Shown here one piece after another: positions 40,381 to 64,000 of a DNA stretch of 64,000 bases; within the stretch, counting starts at the first letter, position 1; the number at the start of each line of letters is the position of its first letter. The notes under the pieces were generated by a model, which worked only from the letters and a program-made list of their open reading frames with translations, did not search any database and was not told the DNA's origin. The stretch is taken from assembly GCF_009914755.1 (NCBI RefSeq), contig NC_060925.1. One strand, 5' to 3'. The DNA is from the human T2T-CHM13v2.0 reference genome, Homo sapiens. A program made the position numbers and the translations under genes.

Positions 40381-41174
40381 TCATGGTAAGTTGGGGGCTG
40401 CCCCTACCTCTCCCCAGCTGAATCCTAACCGATGCCTCTGCTTCCCCTCAACTTGAAGCAGCCAGAGGAGGAGTTCTGTAAAAATATGTGGCTGATGTGG
40501 TTGTGTCCCTCCCATTCCCCAGACCCTCCCTGGGCTTCTTAACCTCATCTCCTCCACCCTCGCTGCCTTCCTGCCACTTTCCCCTCCTGGCTGTTCCTCA
40601 GCTGAACCATGCACATGCCCACCCCGGGGCCTTTGCGCTTGCTCTTTCATCTCCCTGCGATGTCCTTCCTGGGAGGTCTCTGTGGCTTCTCCATGTCTCT
40701 GCTCAGGGTCATCTCACTCGGAGAGGCCTTCCCTGGTATGGCTGCCCGGCCATACTAGGCTCTGACGCTGCTCTCTTGCTTTCTGGCAGGTATCAGCATT
40801 CAGTCTTGTATCACGGGTTTTTTTTTTTTTGGTGGCTAGTTCATCTCTTGCCACCTTACAGTGTAAGCCTCATTAAGGCCAGGGGCTTTGTCTGTCTAGT
40901 TCCTGGCACATGAAACAGCATCTAGCCCTGTCATAAGGGCTCTGTCGATATTTTTTCCATGGATGGTTGGCTATGCATCAGGGTAGACAGACACTGAAAC
41001 CAACCAACAGTCCCAGTGACTGGAGGGGCCCTCCTGGCCTGTTTGAGGCACAGTAGGGATGAAGCAGGTGGCCTGGGGTGCCAGGGCTGATCGTCTCTCC
41101 AAGCCTTGGCCGGTGGCCACACAGCAGCCCCCAGCCCCTCTCCCGTCAGCTGCCTGGTGCTTTGCCCACACCAG

Positions 41175-41283
41175 GGTCTCTGGACACCAGCTCTTCCATC
41201 ACCAGCCAGCCTGAGGCCTTCTTCTCCAAGCTGCAGGAGTTTCGGGAAACCAACAAGGAGGAGTGTATCTGCAGCCATCCTGA
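41175..41283 (+). CDS. MIIP: MIIP exon 5
   Basis: [35 protein letters not shown]; GA|gtgagc. Confidence 0.95.
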
Positions 41284-41299
41284 GTGAGCAGGGGCGGGC

Positions 41300-41364
41300 G
41301 AGGGTGGGCGAGGGCGGCTGAGCGGCTCCATCCCCCGGCCTGCTCATCCCCCTCGCCCTCTCAG
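41300..41364 (+). ncRNA. MIR6729: MIR6729 hairpin, 5'-tailed mirtron in MIIP intron 5 (5p 41305-41326, 3p 41344-41364)
   Basis: UGGGCGAGGGCGGCUGAGCGGC pairs with UCAUCCCCCUCGCCCUCUCAG, which ends exactly at the 3' splice site. Confidence 0.88.
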
Positions 41365-41423
41365 ACCCCAGTTGCCAGGCCTGCGTGAGAGCAGTGGCAG
41401 CGGCGTGGAGGAAGACCATGAAT
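41365..41423 (+). CDS. MIIP: MIIP exon 6
   Basis: [19 protein letters not shown]; AAT|gtgagt. Confidence 0.94.
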
Positions 41424-41906
41424 GTGAGTGCGGGCCCTCGGCTAGGCCGCTGAGTAGTCCAGCCTCGCGCTGCCCTGGCCTCCCCTGCCCCAGAGCAGTC
41501 CCATTTGAGGTTTGGGGCCTGGGGAGGCCCCTGAGATGTTGAGACTCATGGAGGGAGGCCTGCAGTCTGGACAGGGTGGCCAAGCCCTGGTAGGGGTGGA
41601 GTGAGCTAAGGCCTGGCCACCGAATTAGGGGCTGCCCTGTGTGGCACCATCCCACCCTCCCCAGCAGTGCCCCTGTGCTGGTGGGACTCCATCCCAGCTC
41701 CTGAGGGCCCCAGGAGGATGTCCCTCCCCACCCCTTAGGGCGTGGGCCCCAGGTTCTGGGAGGAAAGGGGTTAGGAGGAAATGGGCCGAAGGGCTTCCCA
41801 GAGGGATTGGCAGCTTGTGTGGTTGGGGGCCGCTGAGGGCAGCACGGAGCCTGGGGACCTGGGTTCCTGGCTCAGGGAGAGCTGTGGCTTCTCATGGGCC
41901 TCGCAG

Positions 41907-42036
41907 GCGTGTACTGTTACCGTGTCAACCGGCGCCTGTTCCCGGTGCCTGTGGATCCCGGTACCCCCTGCCGCCTGTGCAGGACACCGCGAGACCAGCA
42001 GGGCCCTGGGACCCTGGCGCAGCCAGCGCACGTCAG
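41907..42036 (+). CDS. MIIP: MIIP exon 7
   Basis: [30 protein letters not shown]...AHV; CAG|gtgagt. Confidence 0.94.
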
Positions 42037-42169
42037 GTGAGTGACCAGAGTATTGGGACACCTTGGGGGACAGAGCCTGAACCACTGGTTTTAAGAAAAG
42101 ATGGGCCTGGGCGTGGGCCCCCAACCGCTGGGAGGCTCCTCAGGGGTCCCCCACTGCCCCCCTGCGCAG

Positions 42170-42266
42170 GGTGAGCATCCCGCTGTCGATCCTGGAGCCC
42201 CCGCACCGGTACCACATCCACCGGCGAAAGAGCTTTGACGCCTCTGACACACTGGCCCTGCCCCGG
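42170..42266 (+). CDS. MIIP: MIIP exon 8 (RRKS303)
   Basis: [32 protein letters not shown]; CGG|gtgagc. Confidence 0.95.
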
Positions 42267-42557
42267 GTGAGCAGCCACGTGGGGCTGGATGGTGATGAGG
42301 GCGGGGCTGGCTCAGACTGGCCCAGATCCCCAGGGAGGGTCACAGAGCGAGACTGGGCTCGACAAGGGTGAGCGCCCAAGTCTCTGGAGCACAGCCTGGG
42401 CCTCTTCCATCACCCACACCTGTACCTAAGGGAGGTAGGACCCCCGCTCCACGTACCCCGGTGCTTCCAGGGTGATCTGCCTGCAGGCTGGCATGACATG
42501 AATGGGTCCTGTTTATTGCGCTTTTGTGTACTGCAGGCACAGTCCTTAGGGGGCTTA

Positions 42558-43045
<488 letters not shown>

Positions 43046-43409
43046 TCAGTTTGCTGGTCCGTAAAATGGACATAACAGCGCCATCCTCAGGGATGTTGGT
43101 GGTGAGGTGGAGCTGTTGAGTGAAGCAATCCATGCAGGTGCTTGGAGAGCCTACAGCAGGAAGTACCCTGTGAATGTCACTGTCACCGTCCTATCCTCCT
43201 CCCATTTCAGCTCTCAGGGCCCCAGGGATGGCTGGATCTGCCAGGATAAGAAAGGGGAGAGCTGGGGTAGTCTTGTGGGTAGACACAGGCCCTGCCCTGG
43301 TGGGGGCCTCCTTCCTAATGGGGGGCACAGTTCCTCCCTGATGGGGGTGTGCCCAGTCAGCGGGGAGCTTGTCCCAGGTCAGGCACTTTTAACTCCTTGC
43401 CTTCCACAG

Positions 43410-43547
43410 CACTGCCTGCTGGGCTGGGACATTTTTCCTCCGAAGTCTGAGAAAAGCTCAGCCCCCAGGAACCTGGACCTCTGGTCCTCTGTCTCCGCTG
43501 AGGCCCAGCACCAGAAGCTGTCCGGCACCAGCAGCCCTTTTCACCCG
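43410..43547 (+). CDS. MIIP: MIIP exon 9
   Basis: [27 protein letters not shown]...SPFHP; CCG|gtacgg. Confidence 0.95.
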
Positions 43548-43865
43548 GTACGGTCCAGATCGCATCCTAGCCTGGGGTGCCCCCTAGAGGGACAGAGACC
43601 TCGCAGCAGGCCTGGGGACTGCAGAGCCTCCTGGGGGGTAGGATTGAGGTGGGGAGGATGGAGCCTGGGAGTGTCTCTCTGCAGGGTCCAGCCCTCCAGC
43701 CCTGACCCTAGCCATCCCTCGGAACTCCTCTGCTCCCTGCCGCCTGCCCTGCTCCACCCAGGAAGGCCACCCTGACTGCAAGATCCAGGAGGGAATGTGG
43801 CTGGAACTGGGGATGACCTGTCCCTTTCAAGTGGCCCCCCTGAGACTTCCCTATTCCCCATCCAG

Positions 43866-43952
43866 GCCTCACCAATGCAGATGCTGCCCCCGACCCCGAC
43901 CTGGTCAGTGCCCCAGGTCCCTCGGCCCCACGTCCCACGGCAGAAGCCCTGA
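43866..43952 (+). CDS. MIIP: MIIP exon 10 coding part, stop TGA 43950-43952
   Basis: [28 protein letters not shown]. Confidence 0.94.
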
Positions 43953-44162
43953 GGACTGACTCCTGGGGGAGAACAGCATTCCCGCCGCCTCCAGCCTCTC
44001 CCCTCTGGCAGGCGCACCCAGGAGATGGAATCCCCTGCCCGCCCAGCTCAGGCCCAGCTGTCCTAGGTTGGGCAGGTGGGTGGACCCAAGCTTGTCTGCT
44101 GCCTGAGTTCCAGAGAGGGAGGACCCTGGGGTGGAGGGTGAGGGATTCTGTGGAAGTTTGTA

Positions 44163-44168
44163 AATAAA
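44163..44168 (+). terminator. MIIP polyadenylation signal
   Basis: TGTA-AATAAA ~210 nt after the stop, GT-rich element downstream. Confidence 0.85.
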
Positions 44169-44959
44169 GCTCAGTGCTCTGCAGCTCAAGTCCCACGTGT
44201 GCTGGTTCCATCCTGCTAATGCACTTGAGGCCCAGAAGGCACTCTGGCCTCTCAGCCTGCCCTCCTGGCACCTGTGGAAGGAAGATACTGCAACCACTGG
44301 GACTAGGCAGTGTGTGTCCGTCACCATGAGGGTGGCTCCTTCCGCAGATCCCCAGCTCTGGGTAGTGGCCTCCACCAGATGGGGGAGGGGGGGCCCCTGG
44401 GCAGGCTGGGCCAAGGTTATTAAAAAGTCATTTTAGCGAGGGCCTCCGCTGAAGCCGTGAGTCGTGTTGAGTGACTGAGCTCTCTCCTTCCTGGTCCCAG
44501 AACCGGGATCCATTGATAGAAGGGCTCTCTGGAAGTCCCTGGGGTCACATGGCTCCTCCACCCAGCCATGGGAGCCGCAGGTCATTCAGAGCCCCAGCAG
44601 GGACAGATGAGGAAACAGGGCTGGGCGGTGAGTTGGAGGCAAGGTTAGCAGAGAGCCCAGATGTCCAGTCTGGGAGAGTAGGCAGTGCCCTGTCCTTCAC
44701 TCACCTCTTGTATGTGTTGGTTGCATAATATGAAATTCTTGTTTTTGTAAGTGGAATAAATGCGGAAACGAGGCATGAACTTTCTCTAAGGTTTCTCGGC
44801 TTAGAGATGGAACTGGGCTATGCTGTCCTGGGGCTTTTTCCTGGAGTTTATGAAGCTATAAAAACCTTTCCCTCTCTCTGGAGAAACAAAGTCTGTTTGA
44901 GTCCCTGCTTTCCATTATTTTGGGTATACAGAAGTGGAATTGCAGGATCAGAAGGTGAT

Positions 44960-49590
<4,631 letters not shown>

Positions 49591-51907
49591 TCATTCACCA
49601 GCCACGTGTTCGACTCCTCCTGTGTGCTAGGCACTGTTCTAGGCTCTGCAGATGCGGCAGTGAAGCAGACAACACTAGCACCCACAGCCACAGGAGCCTG
49701 CCCCCTGGAGCTTCCCTGCTGCTGGGTGGGGGGGCTGCAGTCTGAAATAAGCCAGTAAACAGAAAATGTGTCAGGTGGTGGGAAGTGCTGGGAAGAAAAC
49801 CAGAGCAGCCCGACCACGCTTCCCTGACCCACGTCTCACACCTCCCACACCCCTCCCAGGCGAGGCTCCAGCTCTGCTGAAGCTTTTTTCTGGGTCTTAA
49901 ACCGGCAGGCTCCCCCTGGCCTCTGGGTCTTTATCTACTCCATTGCCTCTGCCCAAAGCTCTCTTCCACCCAATGAACTCCTACTCAGTCCTCAGCTTCT
50001 ATTTCAATTCCTCAGAGCCCTTCCCTGAGCCGACCGAACTGGCCAAGGCTCCTGGAGTTGGGTTCTGCAGCATCCCCATTGTAGACTTTGTGACACTTGA
50101 CTGTAAGCTCCTTGAGAGCAGGAACCAAGCCTGTCCTGTCCTTGGCGCTATCCCCAGGGCCTAGTACAGCATGCGGCATATGATAGACGTTCAATAAATA
50201 AATGTTGAATGAACGAGGGAGTAAATGAGCTCCCAGGTCTTGGGAAGGTAGACCTGGCAGCCCTGAGACCCGAGGTTCCTGTTTCCTGGGATTCTAGCAC
50301 TGGGGCTGAGCTGCTGCTGTTCTAGCTTGCGCTGGTTTCTGCACATCTGTTGCCCTAGGCCTCAGGCAGATTGTGGGGTCTCGGCTCAGCACCAGTCTCC
50401 CAGGGGAGTCTAGGACCCTAGGGTGGATGGTAGGGAGCGGCTGGGGACAGCTGAAACATCTTCATCTGGGAAACTCTACGTCCGCCATCCATTGGCAGCT
50501 GCAGGGCCCAGTCCCTTGGCGTGCAGATGGAAGTGTATGGAAATAACCCCACCTTCCCTCCCTCAGGCCACTTTTAACCTCCCAGGCAAGACAAGGACCT
50601 GTTGGCTACTGATTGCCACCCTCTGAGAGGGAGGCTGCAAAGGGGAATTCTCCCTGGAGGGGTTGGGTGACCCTTCCACTCCCACTTCATCATGAGGTGA
50701 AGCGTGCATGGCCCAGAAACACACACACAGCTGGATTTCCCCCCTCTGCCTTTGGAAAGTGGCATTCAGATGTTCTGAGAATGCACACTGGCTCAATGTA
50801 GACTTGGCTGTAGGTTTGCTGAACTTTTCAGCCCAATCTGTGGGAGGACATAGAGTGTAGCTCCGAACACCCGCCCTCGGTATTGCCACCCACTGACTGC
50901 GTGACGGCGGCCGTGTCACTTAGCCTTTCTGTATGTAGCTCAGTTTTGTCATCTGTACACGGGCGATAACTCCAAGAAGAGGTGAACCAGATCCGACCTG
51001 CAGAGACCCGGGCACGTGGTCTGACGGGGAGGGGAGCTATGAGAAATGATAAGACTGTCATCAGCTCTTCCATCATAAGATTGATGCCATCCTGTTGCCT
51101 GGAATGGAACCTGCCCCCTGAGTTTGCTCCAGCTCATGCCTTCCCCAGGACGATAAGAGAGAATGGAAGCAGGGCATGGAGTCCTTTGATCCAGTGGCCT
51201 TCACCCCCAGCTCCTGGAAGGGCTGTTGCTGGGAGCAGATGCCGGCAGCAGCCTTCTTGCCAGTTTCATTAGCATGGAGGCTCTGAGGACAGGGAGGGAG
51301 GAGGGATGTGGGTGGGCAGGACCCTCCCTGGGGCCAGTGCTGAGGCTGTGAGGGTGGATGGCTGAAGCCTTGCAGGAAGTTTTGAGAGGAAGCTGGGCCC
51401 ACAGGATCGTGATGTGATCAGTTGGGGTGGCATAAGAGTGCCTGATGATGGTTTGGGTGGCCTTTGGGGACATCCCCTGTCATGCCATCACCATGCTGAG
51501 CTCTGACCACACTCTCTTTGGCCCTCTTTATCTGTGGCTAAGAGTTGGCAACACAGCCTCTGAAACTCAGCAGAAACCCCTCTGCTTCCCCCAGCCCTGC
51601 CTCCTCTATCCCCCACCATTGTTGATGGGATACCAGAGGCACCCAGGTGTCCTGGGCCTCCAGCTCCCGAGGCAAGGAAGCCTTTCTTGGCCAGCCAGGA
51701 CTCATGACATCTCAGCCAGTGGAGAAGGGGAGAGGGAGGGCTTTGAGAATTCCCCAGGCCTCAGATTTGGTGGGGGAACCCTTCCTGTCCACCAGGATTG
51801 AGGGTTACAGAACACCCCAGCCTCGAGGGAGAACTAGCTGCCCCCCATCCCATTCCCAGCAAATTCTGACAAACACCCCCTGACTCCCATGGTGGAAGTT
51901 TGCCAGG

Positions 51908-53020
<1,113 letters not shown>

Positions 53021-53176
53021 AGGAGAGGAAGCAGCCCCAGGTGCCAGCTGTGTGTTGCAGAACACTGGACCTGGAGCCTCAGCCTGGGGGTCAGTGTTGG
53101 CTGCTGCTCCTGCACAAGTCAGTGGGCTTCTCTGAGCCTCAGTTTCCTCATCTGTAGAATGGGGATTAGAATGCTA

Positions 53177-53299
<123 letters not shown>

Positions 53300-54248
53300 C
53301 TACAAAAGAATTTAAAAAATTAGCCAGGTGTGGTGGCACGAACCTGTGTTTCCAGCCACTTGGGAGGCTGAGGCAGGAGGATCACTTGAGCCCAGGAGTT
53401 GGAAGCTGCAGCGAGCCACGGTCGAGCTACTGCACTCCAGCCTGGGTGACAGAGCAAGACCCTGTCTCAAAAAACAAAACAAAACAAAACAAAACAACAA
53501 CAACAAAAAAAAAAAACCCAGAAAACCAAGAATGTTACCTACTGCGTTGGGGTTTTTAGAGGATGAAATTAGATGATCAGGAGATGAAATGCGTAGTGCA
53601 GTACTGGGCCTAATAAATGTGCAACATTATTATTTGAAACCAGGGCCTGTGTGCATATTGGCAGATGAGGATCCTGTCTCTAGAGGGGTCCACCCCACCT
53701 GGCCAGATACACAGTAAGGAATGAGCCGAGTGGGAGCAGGGGAAGTTTCAGGTGATTCTTCCATGAAATGATGGACACAGGGCGCTGGCCCAGTGTCTGT
53801 GCTGGAGTAGGGCCCTGCGGGCCTCCAAGCCTGGGAGGGTCAGAGGCCTGAAAACCACTCAGGCCCTTCCAGGAATCTTTGGTTGGGAACTCTAGGGACT
53901 CTGTAGGACACGGTGTGGGAACAGAGCAGGATGGGGGCAGTTACCCACACCTCCATTCCACTCCTCCTGCAGGGTAAGACCTGCTCAAGTCCCGCCTTCA
54001 GGCCGGATTGCCCAAACCTTTCCTCAGTCTCCCTGCCTGGCCACGTGGACTCCCCATCCCCGTAAAACCCTCCTGTGGTTCTCCTGACCGGGATGGGTGG
54101 GTTCCTTGGGACTTCTTGCCTTGCTGGGCTGGGCCCTTCTGAAGGACAAGGGTCTCCCAGGTGCTGATCCTCCCTGTGGGCCTCAGCTGCCAAAGGACTC
54201 TGAGGACACTGACATTTGGGAGAGCCGGCATCTTCTCTGGGTCCCTGA

Positions 54249-56974
<2,726 letters not shown>

Positions 56975-57047
56975 TCACGGTCAAGTCCACAGTTTAGCTC
57001 TTAGCTTCAGTTGGGAATTAATTTTCTGGGGCAAGCAGAAACCTCAG

Positions 57048-57430
57048 TGTCCTGGGCTGAACTGTGTCCCTCCCCAAATTCACATTTGGAAGTCCTAACC
57101 TCCAGTACTTCAGAATGCAACAGTCCTTTGAGATAGTCTTTAAAGAGGCAATTAAGTTAAAACAAGGCCTTTCAGGTGGACCCTAATCCAATACGACTGG
57201 TGTCCTTACAAAAAGGGGAAATTTGGCCACAGACCTGTGCACGTACAGAGGAAAGTCCAGGTGAGAACGCAGCGACAACATGGCCACCCGTGAGCCAAGG
57301 AGAGAGGTCTTGAAAAAACCCAGCCCTGCTGACGCCTCAACCTTCACCTCCAGAAGTGCGAGGAAGCTAATTTCTGTGGCTTAAGCCACCCCATTTGCGG
57401 GACTTTATGGCAGCCTGAGCAGACTAACAC
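57048..57430 (+). mobile_element. MLT1A/B-type LTR, uninterrupted
   Basis: TGTCCTGGGCTGAACTGTGTCCCTCCCCAAATTCA ... GGCAGCCTGAGCAGACTAACAC. Confidence 0.82.
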
Positions 57431-57738
57431 GCTCATCATGCCAGAAAATTCCTTGTTGGGCTTGAGGTGGAGTGGGGGGAAGGAAACTCATCCCTGGCCC
57501 TCCATCCTGAGATTCCTGAACTCCAAAGCTCCCCGCTGCTTGACCTCAGTGCTCCAAGCTGTAAATGCAGGTTTGTCTTACCGGCCAAAGCAGCCTCTCA
57601 AGATGACACGTTGGGGAGATGAGGTCTCCCATAGATGGGAGGGGTGGACAGCAGGCAGTACCCCCAACCCTCTGCCCTGGTCACCGACAAGCTGAGACAG
57701 CCTCATGGCCCTTGGTGTCTGGCCACTCCGGCATCTGA

Positions 57739-58325
<587 letters not shown>

Positions 58326-58988
58326 TGAGTAGCTGGGACTACAGTCACGTGCCACCACACCTGGCTGATTTTTTGTATTTTTAGTAGAGACGGGGTTTCA
58401 CCGTATTAGCCAGGATGGTCTTGATTTCCTGACCATGTGATCTGCCCACCTCAGCCTCCCAAAGTGCTGTGATTAGAGGCATGAGCCACTGTGCCCGGCC
58501 CCACCATGCACTATTCTAAGAGCTCCATATCTCTTACTCTTCGAGTTCTCAAAACCATCCTGTAAGGTAAGGTTATTATCCCCAGTTTAGAGATGGGGCA
58601 TTTGAGGCACAGAGAGGTTAACTGACCTGTCTCGGGCCACACAGCTATCAAGGGACCAAGCCAGGATTCGAACTCAGACCACCCTGAACTCCAGAGTCCG
58701 TCCTTTTGAGCTGCATCACATGCCCCTTGGTAGACATCTGTGCTGACATTTCTCTCCTCCTCTGCTGGCATTGGGTGGACTCCTATTTTCCTCGGGAGGC
58801 AGCTTAGCCAGGAGGAGTGGCAAAGCCTGGATTGGGCTGAGTGAGCCCCTATGTGGCCCCGCACTACATAACCTGACACTGAGCTCTGGGCCTTCCTTCC
58901 CTTCCTCCCTGGCTGACAGGGGTTAGAGGTGGGGTCGCTGCCCCACTTGCTGTGAAGTTGGGGGAAGGGGATCATAATGCTTTGCTGA

Positions 58989-59458
58989 TCACACACCCTG
59001 GCACACTTGCATACACACACACCCTTACACACACAGCCTTGAGCACACACCTACCCACCCACATGCACACACCCACACCCACACACCGTCACACATTTGC
59101 ACACACAACCTCAAGCACGCAGAACCTCACACACACATCCTTGTGCACACACACCACGTGCATGCGCACATAATCTCAGGGGCACAAGCCCTCGCTGCTC
59201 TCACACACTCATACACTTACACACACACCCTAGACACACTTGTGTGTACACCAGCTCACACACACACCCCACTCTCATACACTTGTGGACACACAGCCTT
59301 GAGCCCACAGGTCCCTACTTTTGAGGGCACGAGCCCTCTTGCACACCCTCACACTCCCTCCCTTACACACACTCCCTCACATGTGTGCACATGCATACAC
59401 ACACGCACACACACACGCACACACACACATGCACACACACACATGCACACACACACGT
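58989..59458 (+). repeat. Degenerate (CA)n-rich low-complexity tract, ~470 bp
   Basis: direct reading; purest alternating purine/pyrimidine stretch ~59380-59460. Confidence 0.9.
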
Positions 59459-60540
59459 GCTGCAGGAAGCCCTGTCATTGTCAGTGTGGCCCCAGAACTT
59501 AGTCATTTAATGACCCATTGGGCCGTGTTTCTTTCATGGAAGCCAACACTTGGCTTTTTCTTTACCGAGATCTTCTCACTCAGTTTCTCTCAGTCTCACT
59601 TTTCATTTTGACTGGCAAGGAGTTTTTTTCAATCTCTTGTGGTTTTAACAGCACCAGCGGCTACAGCTCAAACCTCAAGCATCCAGGGCCACCGCCTGCC
59701 TCTCCGATCGGTCTGTTCTGGCTGGGAGAAGCCCAGGGCTTCCCTGCTTGTCAGCCCGGCCGCTTGCCCAGCAGTTTGTGAGATGGAAGGTGGAGAGAAA
59801 GAACTGTGGGGGTGAGAAGTGACGTCACCATAGGGGCTGGGGTTGTGGACAGGCCCCCATCAACCCTCTCCCGCCACCCCCAGAGCACCAATGCGTCATC
59901 TTGGAGTTTCTTTAGTGCTTAGGCAGATGAATTCTGACGTGACAGCTGGGAACCCCTGCGGGGGAAGTTGGGGTCAACAGCTGATCCCAGAGGCTCCCGG
60001 GGGCACTGACACCTGGGAGCCCCAGCTGTGTTGCCCCTTTTCCAGCCATCAGGTTTGGGGGGCTCCAAGCTGGCATTTATACCCACTGCCTGCAGCCGTG
60101 TGAAGTCTTTCAGACTGAGTTCAAGTCTTGTTTCACCATTGTCAGCAGAGTCACTCAGCAAGGTGCTCTGTCCCCTCCCGTGGAAAAGAGGGTGACCCAG
60201 AGGTACACAGATTGTTAGATAGGTCCTAAGGTTTGAAAAGTCTTAGAGCATTGCCAGGTATGGTGGCTCACACCTGTAATCCCAGCACTTTGGGATGCTG
60301 AGGTGGGCAGATCATTTGAGCCCAGGAGATGGAGACCAGCCTGCCTGGGCAACATAGGAAGACCCCCATCTCTACAGAAAATAACAAAAATTAGCCGGGC
60401 ATGGTGGTGCGTGCCTGTAGTTTCAGCTACTCAGGAGGCTGAGGTGGGAGGATCAATTGAGCCAGGGAAGTTGAGGCTGCAGTGAGCTGAGATCATGTCA
60501 CCTCACTCCAGCCTGGGCAACAGAGCCAGAAGCTGTCTCA

Positions 60541-60606
60541 AAAGAGAAAGAAAAAAAAGAAAGAAAGAAAGAAAGGAAAGAAAGAAAAAGACAAAGAAAA
60601 AAAAAA
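60541..60606 (+). repeat. (GAAA)n Alu-tail microsatellite
   Basis: direct reading. Confidence 0.88.
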
Positions 60607-60869
60607 GTCTTAGAACAATTCCTGGGATGAAGCAGATTCTTCCTGCTTAGGAACCTTTCAGATCCAAATCCATGACTCCCTTCTTCCTTCCAAGTTCTCT
60701 GGAGTTGAGCCCAGGCACAGAGGACACGGTTATTCATTGAAACAGTAGGACATGTTGCTTTTTTCTTTTTTCTATGTGACTTTGGACAAGTTGCCTCACA
60801 ACTCAACTTCATCTCTTTCTAAGCCTCCTTGTGGATATGGGAAATAAATGAACTCATGTGGAGAAGAGC

Positions 60870-61906
<1,037 letters not shown>

Positions 61907-62304
61907 GGGACTGCTATTGCAATGGCTGGTAGGCACCTAGGAGCTGCTGATCAATGATAGCCATGATTATTGTTTGCATAGCAAACAGTCTTGGAAGCTG
62001 GAGGTAGCATCTCCCACTGGGCTAGCGAGCAAATGTATTTACTTTCCAGGACAGTAAGGACTCCCTCCCGTCCCCTAGGGAGATGGCTATTCCAGGGTGA
62101 TAAAGACAATGTCTTCTCAGGACAGAGGTTGAATAGGTTTGCCAGCAGCCCCTAATGAGATTGGGGGTCTCCCATGGTGTGTGCTCAGCACCAGCCTGGG
62201 CTGGTTCCTCACCCTACGTGAAGGGATGTTAAGGGCAAGGGCAAGGGCAAGCAATGCAAATTCAGTGCTCATGCTATGTGCAGGGCTGCAGGTAGTAGAC
62301 CCTC

Positions 62305-64000
<1,696 letters not shown>

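Noticed and set aside
43107-44414. Long overlapping ORFs around MIIP exons 9-10
   Set aside because: Only the exon 9 segment is real coding sequence; the remainder is intronic or antisense GC-rich read-through
58952-59611. His/Thr-rich ORFs
   Set aside because: Translation of the (CA)n-rich tract

Overview
Human (primate) genomic DNA that I recognise as the 1p36.22 MFN2-MIIP interval. The window holds all 17 coding exons of MFN2 (exons 3-19, 757 aa, + strand, one GC-AG intron) and its 3'UTR. It also holds the complete MIIP gene (10 exons, 388 aa, + strand, CpG-island promoter with three CCAAT boxes) with the mirtron MIR6729 in intron 5. The last ~20 kb is gene-free and very Alu/MaLR-rich; from memory it leads toward TNFRSF8, which lies outside the window. 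Retroposed material includes dozens of Alus (one young AluYa5), two SVAs in opposite orientation, 7SL and Y1 RNA pseudogenes, an HNRNPA3-like 3'UTR retrocopy and a 5'-only IMPA1 retrocopy fragment. The most notable observations: (i) a back-spliced MFN2 exon 3-4 circle would be 315 nt, contain the native ATG and have no stop codon (rolling-circle ORF); (ii) the MIR6729 intron can form competing hairpin, G-quadruplex and 5'ss:branch-point structures; (iii) a 3'-truncated, polyadenylated SVA with 19 extra 5' nt sits next to a composite Alu-MLT1-Alu insertion at the same target site; (iv) MFN2 GTPase exons contain strong in-frame cryptic donors. Most ORFs in the supplied track are Alu/SVA artefacts. 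Exon coordinates were hand-counted and checked against reading frame; repeat boundaries are approximate.
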